NCBI GenBank assembly: GCA_964016885.1
Contig: OZ024745.1
Location: forward strand, 95,480,001-95,544,000
DNA from: Eledone cirrhosa
Taxonomy: Eukaryota
Length of the DNA: 64,000 bases
Reading direction: 5' to 3'
The notes under the pieces are model-generated. The model was not told where the DNA came from, did no database searches, and worked only from the letters and a program-made list of their open reading frames with translations. Position 1 is the stretch's first letter. Every line of letters starts with the position of its first letter. This document shows positions 53,093 to 64,000 of this stretch, piece after piece. Position numbers and translations under genes: made by a program.

Positions 53093-53654
53093 ATACACAT
53101 ATATATAGATATATATATATATACATATATATATATGTATATATATATATATATGAAAACTTTTTCACATGAAAAAAAAAGTCATCAAAAGGGTGGGCTA
53201 TGAAAAAACTAACAGAGGCAATGCCTACATTTTTATATACTAACATAAATATAAAGGCAGAAACAAACTTCTAAATAACTAGCATTGGAATGAACTCTTA
53301 CCTATAATGATTTATAAAAAACCTGTTTACAGACAATGGAAGCTGCAAACATCTCAACTCTATCTACAAATAGTGCAGTTAAGTTCCAGGTAACAATGTG
53401 AATTTTGCCAGAAGAAAAACAGCAATACGCCAATAAGAATAGCAGTTATAACTTAAAACTGGAAATGTAGGTAAAGTTCCAAACAAAGCATTATCTTGTG
53501 ACTGACCCACTGTAGCTTGAAACTGGTGAATGTAACATGGCATAAACATCTCAGATGTAGCTAATACAAGAGAGAACTAATATCTTAGTTTTAAGTAAAG
53601 AGAGATTACATCTATAGACATAAAAGAGTAACAGAATATTATTCTATATTTTCA

Positions 53655-53855
53655 TCTACATTACTCTATATTTACTATTATATTTACATGGTAAAGGCTT
53701 TACCTCACATAATATCGAATCTATGAGATTTTGATTTTATTTATTTTGAGAGCAATACCTTAACATCAGTTTGAGTGGCCGGTTACAGCCAGTTTCAACA
53801 GAAAGAGTGAGAGAATTCTAGCTGGATATGACAGGCTTAAATGCTAAAGGGTTAA
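53655..53855 (+). mobile_element. piggyBac-like MITE family 1 (left TIR eroded)
   Basis: MITE body ending TAAATGCTAAAGGGTTAA. Confidence 0.75.
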
Positions 53856-55546
53856 TGTAAGGTTCTGATATAAAATTATGCTGGAAGATTCAAATTTAAC
53901 TTGGAAACCTTTAAAATAGGTGGATTTATTTTATAGAACCAGAGCTGGTTTTAGCCAGGATTGCAACTAAAGGGTTAAACAAGTGAAAAGCCTGCTCATA
54001 AAATTAATATGTAAGTGTCTTAGCGTTCCATACACATGTGCTCCTTTAATACAATTCTCAGGGAGATTCAGCATGACATAGAGTGTGACAATCCATTTGA
54101 ATTACATGTATAATTGATTTCTGCCAGCTGAATGGACTTCAGTAACATGACATAAAGTGCCTTGCTCAAGGACACAATGTACACATGGAAATGAAACTCA
54201 TACCTTATTATGATGAGCCAAACACCCTAACCACTTAGCCACATGCCTCTACAGATGTACACTACACATACACACACACTCAATGTACAACAGTCCCTAA
54301 GAAAAAATAACCCAATATATATGCTTTGCTAGTATCTAATATTTAGATACATAATCTGGTGATGTTGGTAAAAGTGATGCATTTATGGTGGTGATGATGA
54401 TCATCATGCTGAAGCTAACTTTGTTTGACATTGTTAGAATAGCCATGGTGTAAGTGCCAAATAAATTTAGCATAAACTGCATTAGGTCCCAAAGGTTAGG
54501 CGCTATATTTTGCTCTTAAATGCAACCATATCCAGTATAAAATGTTATAAGCAAGTAAGGAAATATGAACAAAATGTATTTAGGTTGGTGGTAGTGATGG
54601 AGGTGATGGCATAGATGAAGTTCATAGTGATGACATCCTTACTGCTGTTACTATTAATTTATTCAACCTTATAAGAAATCCTTTATGCTTGCATTGGATT
54701 GAAAAGGTTCAAATTTTTAAAACAGGTAAATCAACCAAAAACATTTTAGAAATAAGTATTTTTATTTTCTTTCTAGCACAAGACTTTCTAGCACAAAACT
54801 TTGAGGAAATTTATTTTAAAAAAGAAGACCTATTTATGATTATAGTTTTTTTTATATTGCCAAAATGTTTAGTCATCTATGTTCTATGTTTTTCAAGTTC
54901 TTATCAATGGAATATCCTTTAGTAAGTTTCACATGCCAGCAAATTTAGTCTTTCAACTGAAAAAAAAAGGAAACCTACTTTATTTTGAGTATTATTATAT
55001 GTTATGCTTCTACAGATACAATTTAGAAGTGATATTGAAAACCACCTTCACACTTTCCGCCTAAAACTTCTGCCTTGCTAGTTATTGTACATAAATACAG
55101 TACCTATTAAATATTGTAAATAGACTTTAATCATTTTACATAAAAGGAACTGTTCACATTCTCTATGAAATGCTTTTTTTTTTTTCCTTCAGTGTTTCAT
55201 CACATTATCTTCTACTGATTGGTAAAAATCAATATGGCTGGGGAACATGATAGTATTATAAATAAAAAGAATAAAATAGAGCATTTACAGTAATGCTACA
55301 TAAAATATATTATGAACAGAAGCAAGTGCTTGTTGACTATGTGAGTTATATAATAATAATAGTTAAAAAATTAATTTTGGTAAAAGTAAAAAAATACATC
55401 TGACTTTTTAACCCTTTCATTATCATATTCCTAATGAAAGACACTGCTTAACGTTTTCAAATCATTTTTTTTTTAAATTTAGGAAAGATTTAATAAAAAT
55501 ATTTCATTATTAAGCTGGTGTTTGGAACCTAACTTAACAAAAGTTC

Positions 55547-56808
55547 TGGATTGACATGCACAGCCGGACTGGAAGTGGTATCACAACTGGCACATGTAGC
55601 ATCAGTTGGTTGGAATTTACAGATGACATGGTATTATTTAACTCAGCGGTGGATTGGCAGTATCGGTGGAGGGTCGGACGCCATGCTTTCCAGCATAGTT
55701 ACGTCCCTTTACGATCTGAGTTCAAATCCCGCCGAGGTTGACTTTGCCTTTCATCCTTACGGGGTCGATAAAATAAAGTACCAGTAATGCACTGGGTAAT
55801 TGCTGGCCTTGTGCCTAAAGTAGAAACAATTATTTAACTCAGCAGGCCGGTGGATTGGCAGTATCGGTAGAGGGTCGGATGTCATGCTTTGATGCATAGA
55901 GTTACGGCCCTTTCCATTGAGTTCAAATTCCGGTGAGGTCAACTTTGCCTTTCATCCGTAAGGGGTCAAGTAATGTACCAGTAATGTACTGGGTAATTGC
56001 TGGCCTTGTGCCAAAAGTAGAAACAATTATTTAACTCAGCAGAAGATAATCTCCGACATGCACTTGATAGGTTTGATGCAGAATGCTGGAATGAAAATCA
56101 ATGCTGCAATGTCTGAGACACTCTTCCTCTCAAAGAAGCCTGCACAGTGCACTCTACATGTGAGTGGAGTTCTACTGAAGCAGACAGAGGAGTTCAAGTA
56201 TCTTGGGACCATGTTCACGAGTGATTGAAGGCAGGAGGTTGAATTAAGTGCAAGAATTGCAGGAGCTGGTGCATTACTGCACCAGCTTTAGCATTTGGTA
56301 ATCAGAAGAAAGGAAGATAGGTATAAAAGTTAAACTTTCTATCTTCAATTCAGTGTTCATGCCAACCCTTACCTATGGTCAAGAATCTTGAGTAATGACC
56401 AAAAGAATATGATCACGAATACAAGTGGCTGAATGAGGTTCATCTGAAGGGTCTTTGGAGTAATGCTAATCAATAGACTGTGTATCTCAGAGATCAGAGC
56501 ATCACTCCAGGTAGAGCAGCTACTTCTCTGAATTGAGAGATCACAGCTCCCATACTATGGGCTTGTGGTTAGAATAACTCAAGAAAGAATCACTGGACAG
56601 ATTTTCCAGGAAAAATCAGCTAGCAGGAGACTCAGGGGTAGACTCTGAACAAGATGGTTAAATAACATCCATGAACTTGGCTGGTTTCACTTGGGGATCC
56701 AGCTAGATCAGGTGAAGATAGTTGTTTCTGACAGGACATCTAGAAGGAGTGTTTGAGGACTCTGCCCCTGTGACCCTCCCAGGAATAAGTGGGAGAAGAA
56801 GAAGTAGG
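55547..56808 (+). mobile_element. Rex3/Expander-like RTE LINE (decayed), interrupted by two SINEs
   Basis: ISWLEFTDDMVLFNSA|EDNLRHALDRFDAEC..GMKIN...EEFKYLGTMFTSD...PTLTYGQE..VMTKR...SRIQVAE...GRL*TRW; GAA tail. Confidence 0.85.
55645..56030 (+). mobile_element. Two tandem SINEs sharing a triplicated 15-bp target site
   Basis: ATTATTTAACTCAGC at 55633, 55829 and 56026. Confidence 0.9.
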
Positions 56809-56840
56809 TTTTTATATAAATATGAATACTTTAAAATAAA

Positions 56841-57889
56841 CATCATCATCATCATCATCATCAGGTTTAGCGTCCGTGTTCCACGCTTGCATGGGTTTGG
56901 ACGGGGGTTTTCCCACTTGAGGCAAGAGTGGTTGTCTTGCTCGCATAGGACTGTCTGGCGGGTTTTCTACAGTTGGATGCCCTTCCTAACACCAACCACA
57001 TTTACAGTGTGGGGCTGGGAGGTTTTTACCGTGTTGCCTACACGGCCACATTACAGCGTGGACTGTCTGGCGGGTTTTCTACAGCTGGATGCCCTTCCTA
57101 ACACCAACCACATTTACAGTGTGGGGCTGGGAGGTTCTTACCGTGTTGCCTACACGGCCACATTTACAGCGTGGACTGTGTGTTTTTTTGTCGTGACACC
57201 TATACGATCTCATTTGTTTCGGCCTGGATGTTGTGGGACCAACATAACTTTACATTGAAAGGGGCGGTGTGGATGGGGTGGAGGTGGTGGGACGGGGGGG
57301 TGTTTTGATAGAGATGCCTACTGACTGTAGTAGGTTTTTACTTTGTATTTAGGTAAGGCGGGTCTTCTCTATTACTGAGTACCGCCAAAGGTCTCGGTCC
57401 AGTGACATTGTCTTGGAGAGGTGTAAGCGTGTGAGGTCGGAATTTATCAGCTCGTCCCATGTTTTTCTGGGTCTGCCTACTCCGTGGCTACCGTCTATCT
57501 TTATTGCCCTGCACTTTGTTATACAGCTGTCGTCTTTCATGCGCATCACGTGACCGTACCAACGTAGCCTTCTCTCGAGTAAACAACATCTGATCCCTCT
57601 TATTTCTAATTTTTTCCTTAGTTCGTTTATGCTTTGCCGTTCACGTATATTACTATTGCAGATCCAGCGGAGCATGCAAGCTTCGTTCCTCTCTAGTCTG
57701 CGTATATCCTCTGCACACAATGCCCAGGTCTCACTGCCATGCAGCATTGCTGTTCGTATGCAGGCATCGTATAACCTGCCTTTCATTTTTAGGGAAAACC
57801 CTCTAGCGGCTAATAGTGGTATAAGCTCTCTGAACTTTTTCCATCCAGTTCTGACTCTAGCTACTGTACTTTCAGAGCACCCTCCCCAC
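56841..57889 (-). mobile_element. Young 5'-truncated RTE LINE of the PHD-bearing family
   Basis: ORF 57349-57786 (RLYDACIRTAMLHGSETW...GRPRKTW); (GAT)n tail; TSD TAAACA at 56837-56842 and 57890-57895; about 112-bp tandem duplication in the 3' UTR. Confidence 0.92.
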
Positions 57890-58865
57890 TAAACAGTTTA
57901 GTATTATAAAACCAGAGGTGGTTTCAGGTATCAAAATGGTTACTGTTCTTTTTTTTCTTTTGCATGTAAGTTTTATCAACTGAGGCTAATATAATACTGA
58001 TGAATTGTCTTTTGAAGGAGGGAAGACAAATTTGTTTGCAGTGTTGTCATTTGAACTGAGAACAGTTTAACACCAGAATGAATGCAGATCAGAATACTCA
58101 TGCCCAAGCATTTTCTCACTATACTATTTAAGCTACAACTATTGATTTTTTTGACAACATGCAAGATGTAAGATATATAAGAGGATATTTATAAATGAAT
58201 ACTGTAATGTGCACATATTTCCCAAAATATAATTTATGGCAGAATAGACCAAGTCAGTACTGAAGCAGGGCTACTGATCTCCCAAACGTAAGCACGATAA
58301 CAGTCCCCTAGCCTTTCTGGGAGGTCAGTAGCCCTGCTTCAGTACTAATTCGGTCTATGTAGACCCATCCAACCCTAGCTAGCAGGGAAATCAGATGTTA
58401 CTATTATGATGATGACAGCATGGAAAAATAGACACTAAATAGGTTATAAACATATGCACACAAATAGATATGTAATCCTTGAATACATATATATGAATAT
58501 TAATAAACCTAAATGCAATATACTTCCATAGTCACATACATTCATACACACCTTCTAGCAACTATTTACATATAAAGTATGATTGTCACTTGGATAAAAA
58601 TATAAAAGATTATATTTTTTACCCAAGTGATAAACATTGTCTTATTACTTCTGACAATTATACATTTATTTGTTAGAGATGCCTACTGGCTGTAGTAGGC
58701 ATCTACTGTAGTAGATGCCTACTGGCTGTAGGTTTTACTATGTATTTAGGTAAGGCGGGTCTTCTCTGTTACTGAGTACCGCCAAAGGTCTCAGTCCAGT
58801 GACATTGTCTTGGAGAGGTGTAAGTGTGTGAGGTCGGAGTTTATATATATATATATATATATAAC

Positions 58866-59062
58866 AAAGAGAGTGTGGTAAGATACCAGGTAGACCATAA
58901 TGCACCAGAGTACTCAATACTTAGGCTAGTATAGTGGGTAATAGGAAAAGAGTCAGGACCCCGATGGCTGAGCTCCAGCCGTTTTGACAGATATGAACTG
59001 GTTCAGATGTCGCAGTCGAAACCGCTGGAGCTCAGCCGTTGGGGTCCTGACTCTTTTCCTAT
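58866..59062 (-). repeat. Palindromic Penelope-like end (arms within 58941-59062) in (TA)n
   Basis: ATAGGAAAAGAGTCAGGACCCC...GTCGAAACCGCTGGAGCTCAGCCGTTGGGGTCCTGACTCTTTTCCTAT; same flank as the 52900 copy. Confidence 0.85.
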
Positions 59063-59479
59063 ATATATATATCTGTAGTCATTTTCTTTAACTCATGTAT
59101 GATACATAATAAAATTGAAATAGTGATCAAACAGGTATCAAGTCTTTCAGTAGTTTATGTATTGATGCAAACTCATATAATTTCATATAATTTACTTTTA
59201 CTGAATGTTGCTTACTTGGAAAAATGTCCATCTAGCTTTATGTAATATTCTGTGTATCTTTATGTATTCTTATTATTTTATAAGTGGGTAAAATGATACA
59301 TACAGACATACAAACATTAATGGAACTGTAAAAATATGTAAAACATTTCAGAAACTCAGCACATAAATCTGCATATACACATGTATAAATAAAGAAAGAT
59401 ATGCACGTTCCAATACCGCATTTGCAGAATACAGCCATATAACTCAAAACATACAGATCCACACATGTAATAACAACCA

Positions 59480-59872
59480 TACCTGTATACAGGCATAAAC
59501 ACATACAGACAAACATATGTATTTACCTAGTTCATGTTGACTAAATTCCAATGAAAGAGTTTTGTTTTTATGTTAGAAACCTATTCTCTTTCTATTGGTG
59601 GAAATTTATAAAATAATAAAACCAGACGAATATATATACATACCAAAACTTCTGCATGTACAGAAACAAAACATATGCACATACACATATATAACTAAAA
59701 ATATACACATCCATACATACAATAACATCCACACATGTACACATGCAGACATATCTACCTAGTTGATGTTGTCTAAATCCCAATAGAAGAGTCTTGTGTC
59801 TATGTTAGAAACTGACTCTTACTCTATTGGTAAACATTTGTAAAATTATAAAATCTGAAGAACATACATACA
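59480..59872. repeat. Diverged tandem repeat, period about 230 bp
   Basis: TACCTAGTT.ATGTTG.CTAAAT.CCAAT...TATGTTAGAAAC...CTATTGGT at about 59524 and 59756. Confidence 0.75.
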
Positions 59873-60228
59873 AAGTTGGTTTTTCTATAAGGTCTCTGAA
59901 CCTTTAAGAATTAGCAGCTAAGTCCCACTCTTTTGTCTTAAAGTGACATTGAACAATATAATCCTGGAACTAATAATGGTAATGAGCAAGGGAGATGAGA
60001 TTATAACAGAGTGGCACTGTGGAGGGAGCAATGGCAGTGAGGATTGGCAATGAGTACAGTTACAAATTTAGAGTAAGTATAGGCTGGAAGAAGTTTACAA
60101 AGCTACTAATTCTGAGCCTATATCTCACTACATTGCAACATTGAACTTTGTTCACCAGCATAATACAATCTACCTTGGCTCTGAAAGAGAATTCTTTCAT
60201 TGCCAACAGAGATAATAACTCTTTGAAC

Positions 60229-60625
60229 TTATTCCACTCTGTCCTTATTCTTATAATATAATATCTTAATTAGGTCACCTGGATAACAGAAGCTATCTAC
60301 TACTACTATGGAACCTTGCTTGGATTTGAAAGAGTTTATTTCCTCTGAGTTCTTACTGATAGCTATCCATGTGCATCTGCCACACACAAAATCTATTTTC
60401 TTTATTAGCCTTCCTGTGATCTCGCCACACCTCTTGTGCACCTATAGTTTACAACGGGTATACTGTCTGGAGTTTCTTCTTACTTCATTTCTGCATATTG
60501 AGTACAGTCATTTCCCTGGTGATAGCAGAGTCCTGTCTTCTTACCTATTTACTAAGATAGGTTTATTCTGTGGCCTTTCAATTTTAGATTTTGTTTCCAC
60601 ACCAGGAGAATTTCTTCTCTAAATC
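60229..60625 (-). mobile_element. Old RTE-PHD LINE fragment
   Basis: HKRCGEITGRLIKKIDFVCGRC...VVDSFCYPGDLI. Confidence 0.75.
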
Positions 60626-60756
60626 TACAGTATAAGTAGTGTGATACAAATTATATGATGCTACCATCCTTTATTATATAAGCTAGACCATATATATGCA
60701 TTTACCAATATATATGTATTATAAGATTAACAACAAAAGACAATACCTCTCAAAAT

Positions 60757-60890
60757 AATTGTTTCTACATTAGGCACAAGGCCAGCAATTACCCAGTGCA
60801 TTACTGGTACTTTATTTTATCGACCCCGTAAGGATGAAAGGCAAAGTCAACCTCGGCGGGATTTGAACTCAGACCGTAAAGGGATATAAT
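60757..60890 (-). mobile_element. 5'-truncated SINE
   Basis: Antisense family motif, AAAATAAT on both flanks. Confidence 0.8.
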
Positions 60891-62019
60891 TATAAAATAA
60901 TGATATCTAAATTATCAATATTACTGTCCAGTATTTGTATCAGCTACAGCAATAAAGAAGAATGTATAAAAGTCAAATCAAAGTCAGGTTTCAATCCCAC
61001 TTGGTAGGATAACTGATGTTGGTTCCAATACCGCATTTGCAGAATACAGCCATCTAGCTTTGGCTTTAAAATTCGTCATTTTGTGAGAAAATGCCTTCCA
61101 GAAAAAAAAAAAAAAAATACAACATTCAAACTAAATGTTATTGTAGTTGCCAAGAAAACAAATAACTGTGTAAGAGAATTTTGCCAAAGAGTGGAAAAAT
61201 ACATCAAACCTACTTTAAACAATCTATTAGCCTTTGTATAATTTGAGAAGTAAGTTGCCAAGTGGGTACTTGGAAATCATTAAGATCAAAAATGTGTAAC
61301 CCATGGAACCATCTAAAACTATGCAAAAAGAAAAAAACTAAAAACAAAAACACAAGCTAAGAATGATAGAATTTTGGATTTTAAATGTGAGATGGTCGAC
61401 AAGGTTCATGAAATGGTAGGATTTAGTACTTCATCAGGGATTGCAATAAAGTTATCTACTGGTCTAAATGGTAAGATACAAGTGTTACACTTTATTAGAA
61501 GGATAAAATAATAACAATAATAATAATAAAATTATTGTGTACCATGCTCAGGTGCACTGCAACTCATCAAAGGTCCATGTATAGTACATAGAATAATGTA
61601 CAAATGTCAGGAAAGTGAACAATGTATAAGTCATGATATACACACAGATATATGCATGTGTGTGTGTATGGAGGTGGAATATCAGGTGTAGTGCTGGTGA
61701 ATTTCAGGAAGCATAGAGATTTTGAAGGATGCAGTGTCCCAACAGCTAACAACTGATGCAGGTAGTTTGTTCCATAATTATTAGGCATTGGAAACATGGA
61801 TGAAACACCTCTTATTGTTGATATGACAAAGGAACAAACTGTGAACTAAATAGGAAAGAAAACAATCCTAGTTGTTCACAAACGGCAAACAACTTAGGCC
61901 ACATGTTGTTCCTCTCCGATTAAAAGCTTTCCTCCCCCCGGAAAACCCCCAGTTGATGGATGCGAAATCCGAAATCTAGGGACAATTAAATCACTTCCAA
62001 GGTAACTCTATCTCGTGTT

Positions 62020-62635
62020 TGGCAGTATCAGTAGAGGGTCGGACGCCATGCTTTGACGCAAAGAGTTACGTCCCTTTCCATTCTGAGTTCAAATCCCGCC
62101 GAGGTTAACTTTGCCTTTCATCCTTACGGGGTCGATAAAATAAAGTACCAGTAATGTACTGGTTATTTGCTGGCCTTGTGCCAAAAGTAGAAACAATTAT
62201 TTTTACACTCTTTCCTACGTTCCTCTACACACTATACGTCTCATTCTACATTCCCTTACATCTCTCTCATCACCACCTAATTCTGTTGCCCGGAGATTTA
62301 CCCATCTGCATTGTTGAGGCTTCCAAAACGACCAATATTATTATTCCACAATGCTTCAAGCAAACTTCAACACTCTCTAATCCTAGTGAAAATTACTTTA
62401 GTTCTATTTGTATGGCAAAAAGTTTTAAATTATAATGGTTTCTGATTTAGGCACAAGACCAACAATTTTGTGGGAGGAGAAAGTCAATTAAATCAACCCC
62501 AGTGCATTACTAGTACTTTATTTTATTGACCCCATAAGGATGAAAGGCAAAGTTAACATCAATTGGGATTTGAACTGTGAACGTTAAGGACCATAACTCT
62601 ATGCCCCGAATCATGTTGACCGACGCTCTATCAGT
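62020..62635. mobile_element. Tail-to-tail inverted SINE pair (62020-62200 +, 62435-62635 -)
   Basis: Family motifs in opposite orientation about 235 bp apart. Confidence 0.8.
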
Positions 62636-63389
62636 AATTCATGTAAGACTTAAGAGTGTTCTACAGTCATTAGATGTTGATACCAATAAACCATTTAAGG
62701 ACATGATGAAGATGTAACTAGATGAAGTAAGATGAAAGATGGAGAAAAATGAGTTACCATTTTTGATCTGAGAATGTGTCTTTAATTCATGCAAGGAAAT
62801 AAAATCTGATAGTATTAATCAAATTATTCAAGAAATGTGGAATTTGTAATATATTGGAAGATGCTTAAGATAAATATCTGTGGAATGCTGATGATGATAT
62901 TGAAGCAGCAGCTGATGATATGCAGACTATAATTACAAACAGTACTAATGAAAAGGATTCATCCTGATGATTAATATAATGGTTTATTCAGTACTAAAGA
63001 TGGTAAACAGCCTAATTTTATAGTATTTTAATTAACTTTTGTGTTTGAAATATTTAAGATTTACTAATTAATTGTAATTTAAATAAACATATCATTCTGT
63101 TCAGCATGTATGAATAAAACTTATGAATTCATTTTCATTGACAGTATTTATCATGGCACCAGCACCAGAGAGTTTGTCACTTGATTGTCCAAACTAAGGC
63201 GTCTACTACGACTCTATAGTGTCTTTGTTTCAACACCAGGCACTGTAGGTCTCTTGAAATAGTATTTAGAATTATTTTTGTTGTTTTTGAGTAGCCTTGG
63301 CTCAGCTCTAACAATACAGAACTATAGGTAGTGTGCCAGTCAACTAGCTGCTCTATTCACATGTACCAATATGTCTGATTACTTTCACT

Positions 63390-63770
63390 GTCAACCTATA
63401 TAGTGTATCCATTGTACACATTGAGTACATTGTTCGAAGCTTCTATCAACTTCTATTCTCCACACTGAGCATGTGTATTTCTCTGATGACAACAAGGTCC
63501 TGTCTTCTTTCTTACTTACTTACACTTTAGCATTTGCTATGTTTATCTTGAGGCCTTTTGATTATAAATTTTGCTTTCATGTTTGGAAGTTCTCTAATTC
63601 TTCTATAGATTCTACTATAAGGTTTAGATCATCAGCATACAGGAGTCCTAATGAACACCCAGTCTTAAACACCTCTAGTCTGACCTTGGAGGTCTATGAT
63701 AAACAGGAGGTGGATGAGAACCGAACCCTAATGGACTCCTGCCTGCATACAAAGTTCAATTCATTTTTGT
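63390..63770 (-). mobile_element. Decayed RTE reverse-transcriptase core fragment
   Basis: AGVH*GSVLIHLLFIIDL...GLLYADDLNLIVESIEELENFQT*K...SKGLKIN, with the YADD motif, stops and frameshifts. Confidence 0.85.
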
Positions 63771-64000
63771 AGTTATTGCTGGCAGTCCTCTTCCATTAAA
63801 TACAGACACACAATAATATATAATAAAGAATTGAAACCAGTTTACAGATTTGACTGTCAGTCAGCTTACCTCTTGCTTTATAGCACTTGTCTGGTAGAGA
63901 TAAAATAACAATAATTAAAAGAAAAGGCTAACAAAGATGCCAAGGGTTAGTAATGTTATAAATACTAGTTGTAAAACCCAATTTGAAGATGAATATCAAT

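Noticed and set aside
53297-53325. Candidate minus-strand micro-exon (cag...gtaag) for the missing NCS-1 5' exons
   Set aside because: No reading frame resembles FTEKEVQQW or YKGFxKDCP.
61390-61445. Minus-strand CTGATGA...GAAC...GTC hammerhead candidate
   Set aside because: GAAA box incomplete and stems I and II do not pair convincingly.
61870-62015. Slightly GC-richer unique patch as a possible promoter
   Set aside because: No recognisable core elements or exon; cannot be supported from sequence alone.

Overview
AT-rich, repeat-dense animal genomic DNA; the SINE/LINE repertoire and microsatellites suggest an octopus or other coleoid cephalopod (inference). The window appears to lie within one large minus-strand gene for a neuronal calcium sensor-1/frequenin homologue. 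Four internal coding exons were read by eye (39566-39655, 24633-24711, 11808-11896, 9618-9695), all with canonical AG/GT ends and consistent phases; the N-terminal and last exons were not found. The introns hold decayed retroelements (RTE with a PHD-like finger, Rex3/Expander-like, CR1, Vingi/Ingi-like, CRE-like), tRNA-derived SINEs, TTAA-flanked piggyBac-like MITEs, hAT and Tc1/mariner MITEs, a Helitron relic, a duplicated 27-bp minisatellite and a 2.8-kb MITE-bounded tandem duplication. The most unusual signal is a set of (TA)n-flanked inverted repeats built around hammerhead-ribozyme motifs. Two long inverted repeats carry a complete type I hammerhead fold in each arm, one arm on the gene's sense strand, and several short palindromes fold back inside hammerhead stem II. 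Nearly all ORFs in the supplied track are repeat artefacts.
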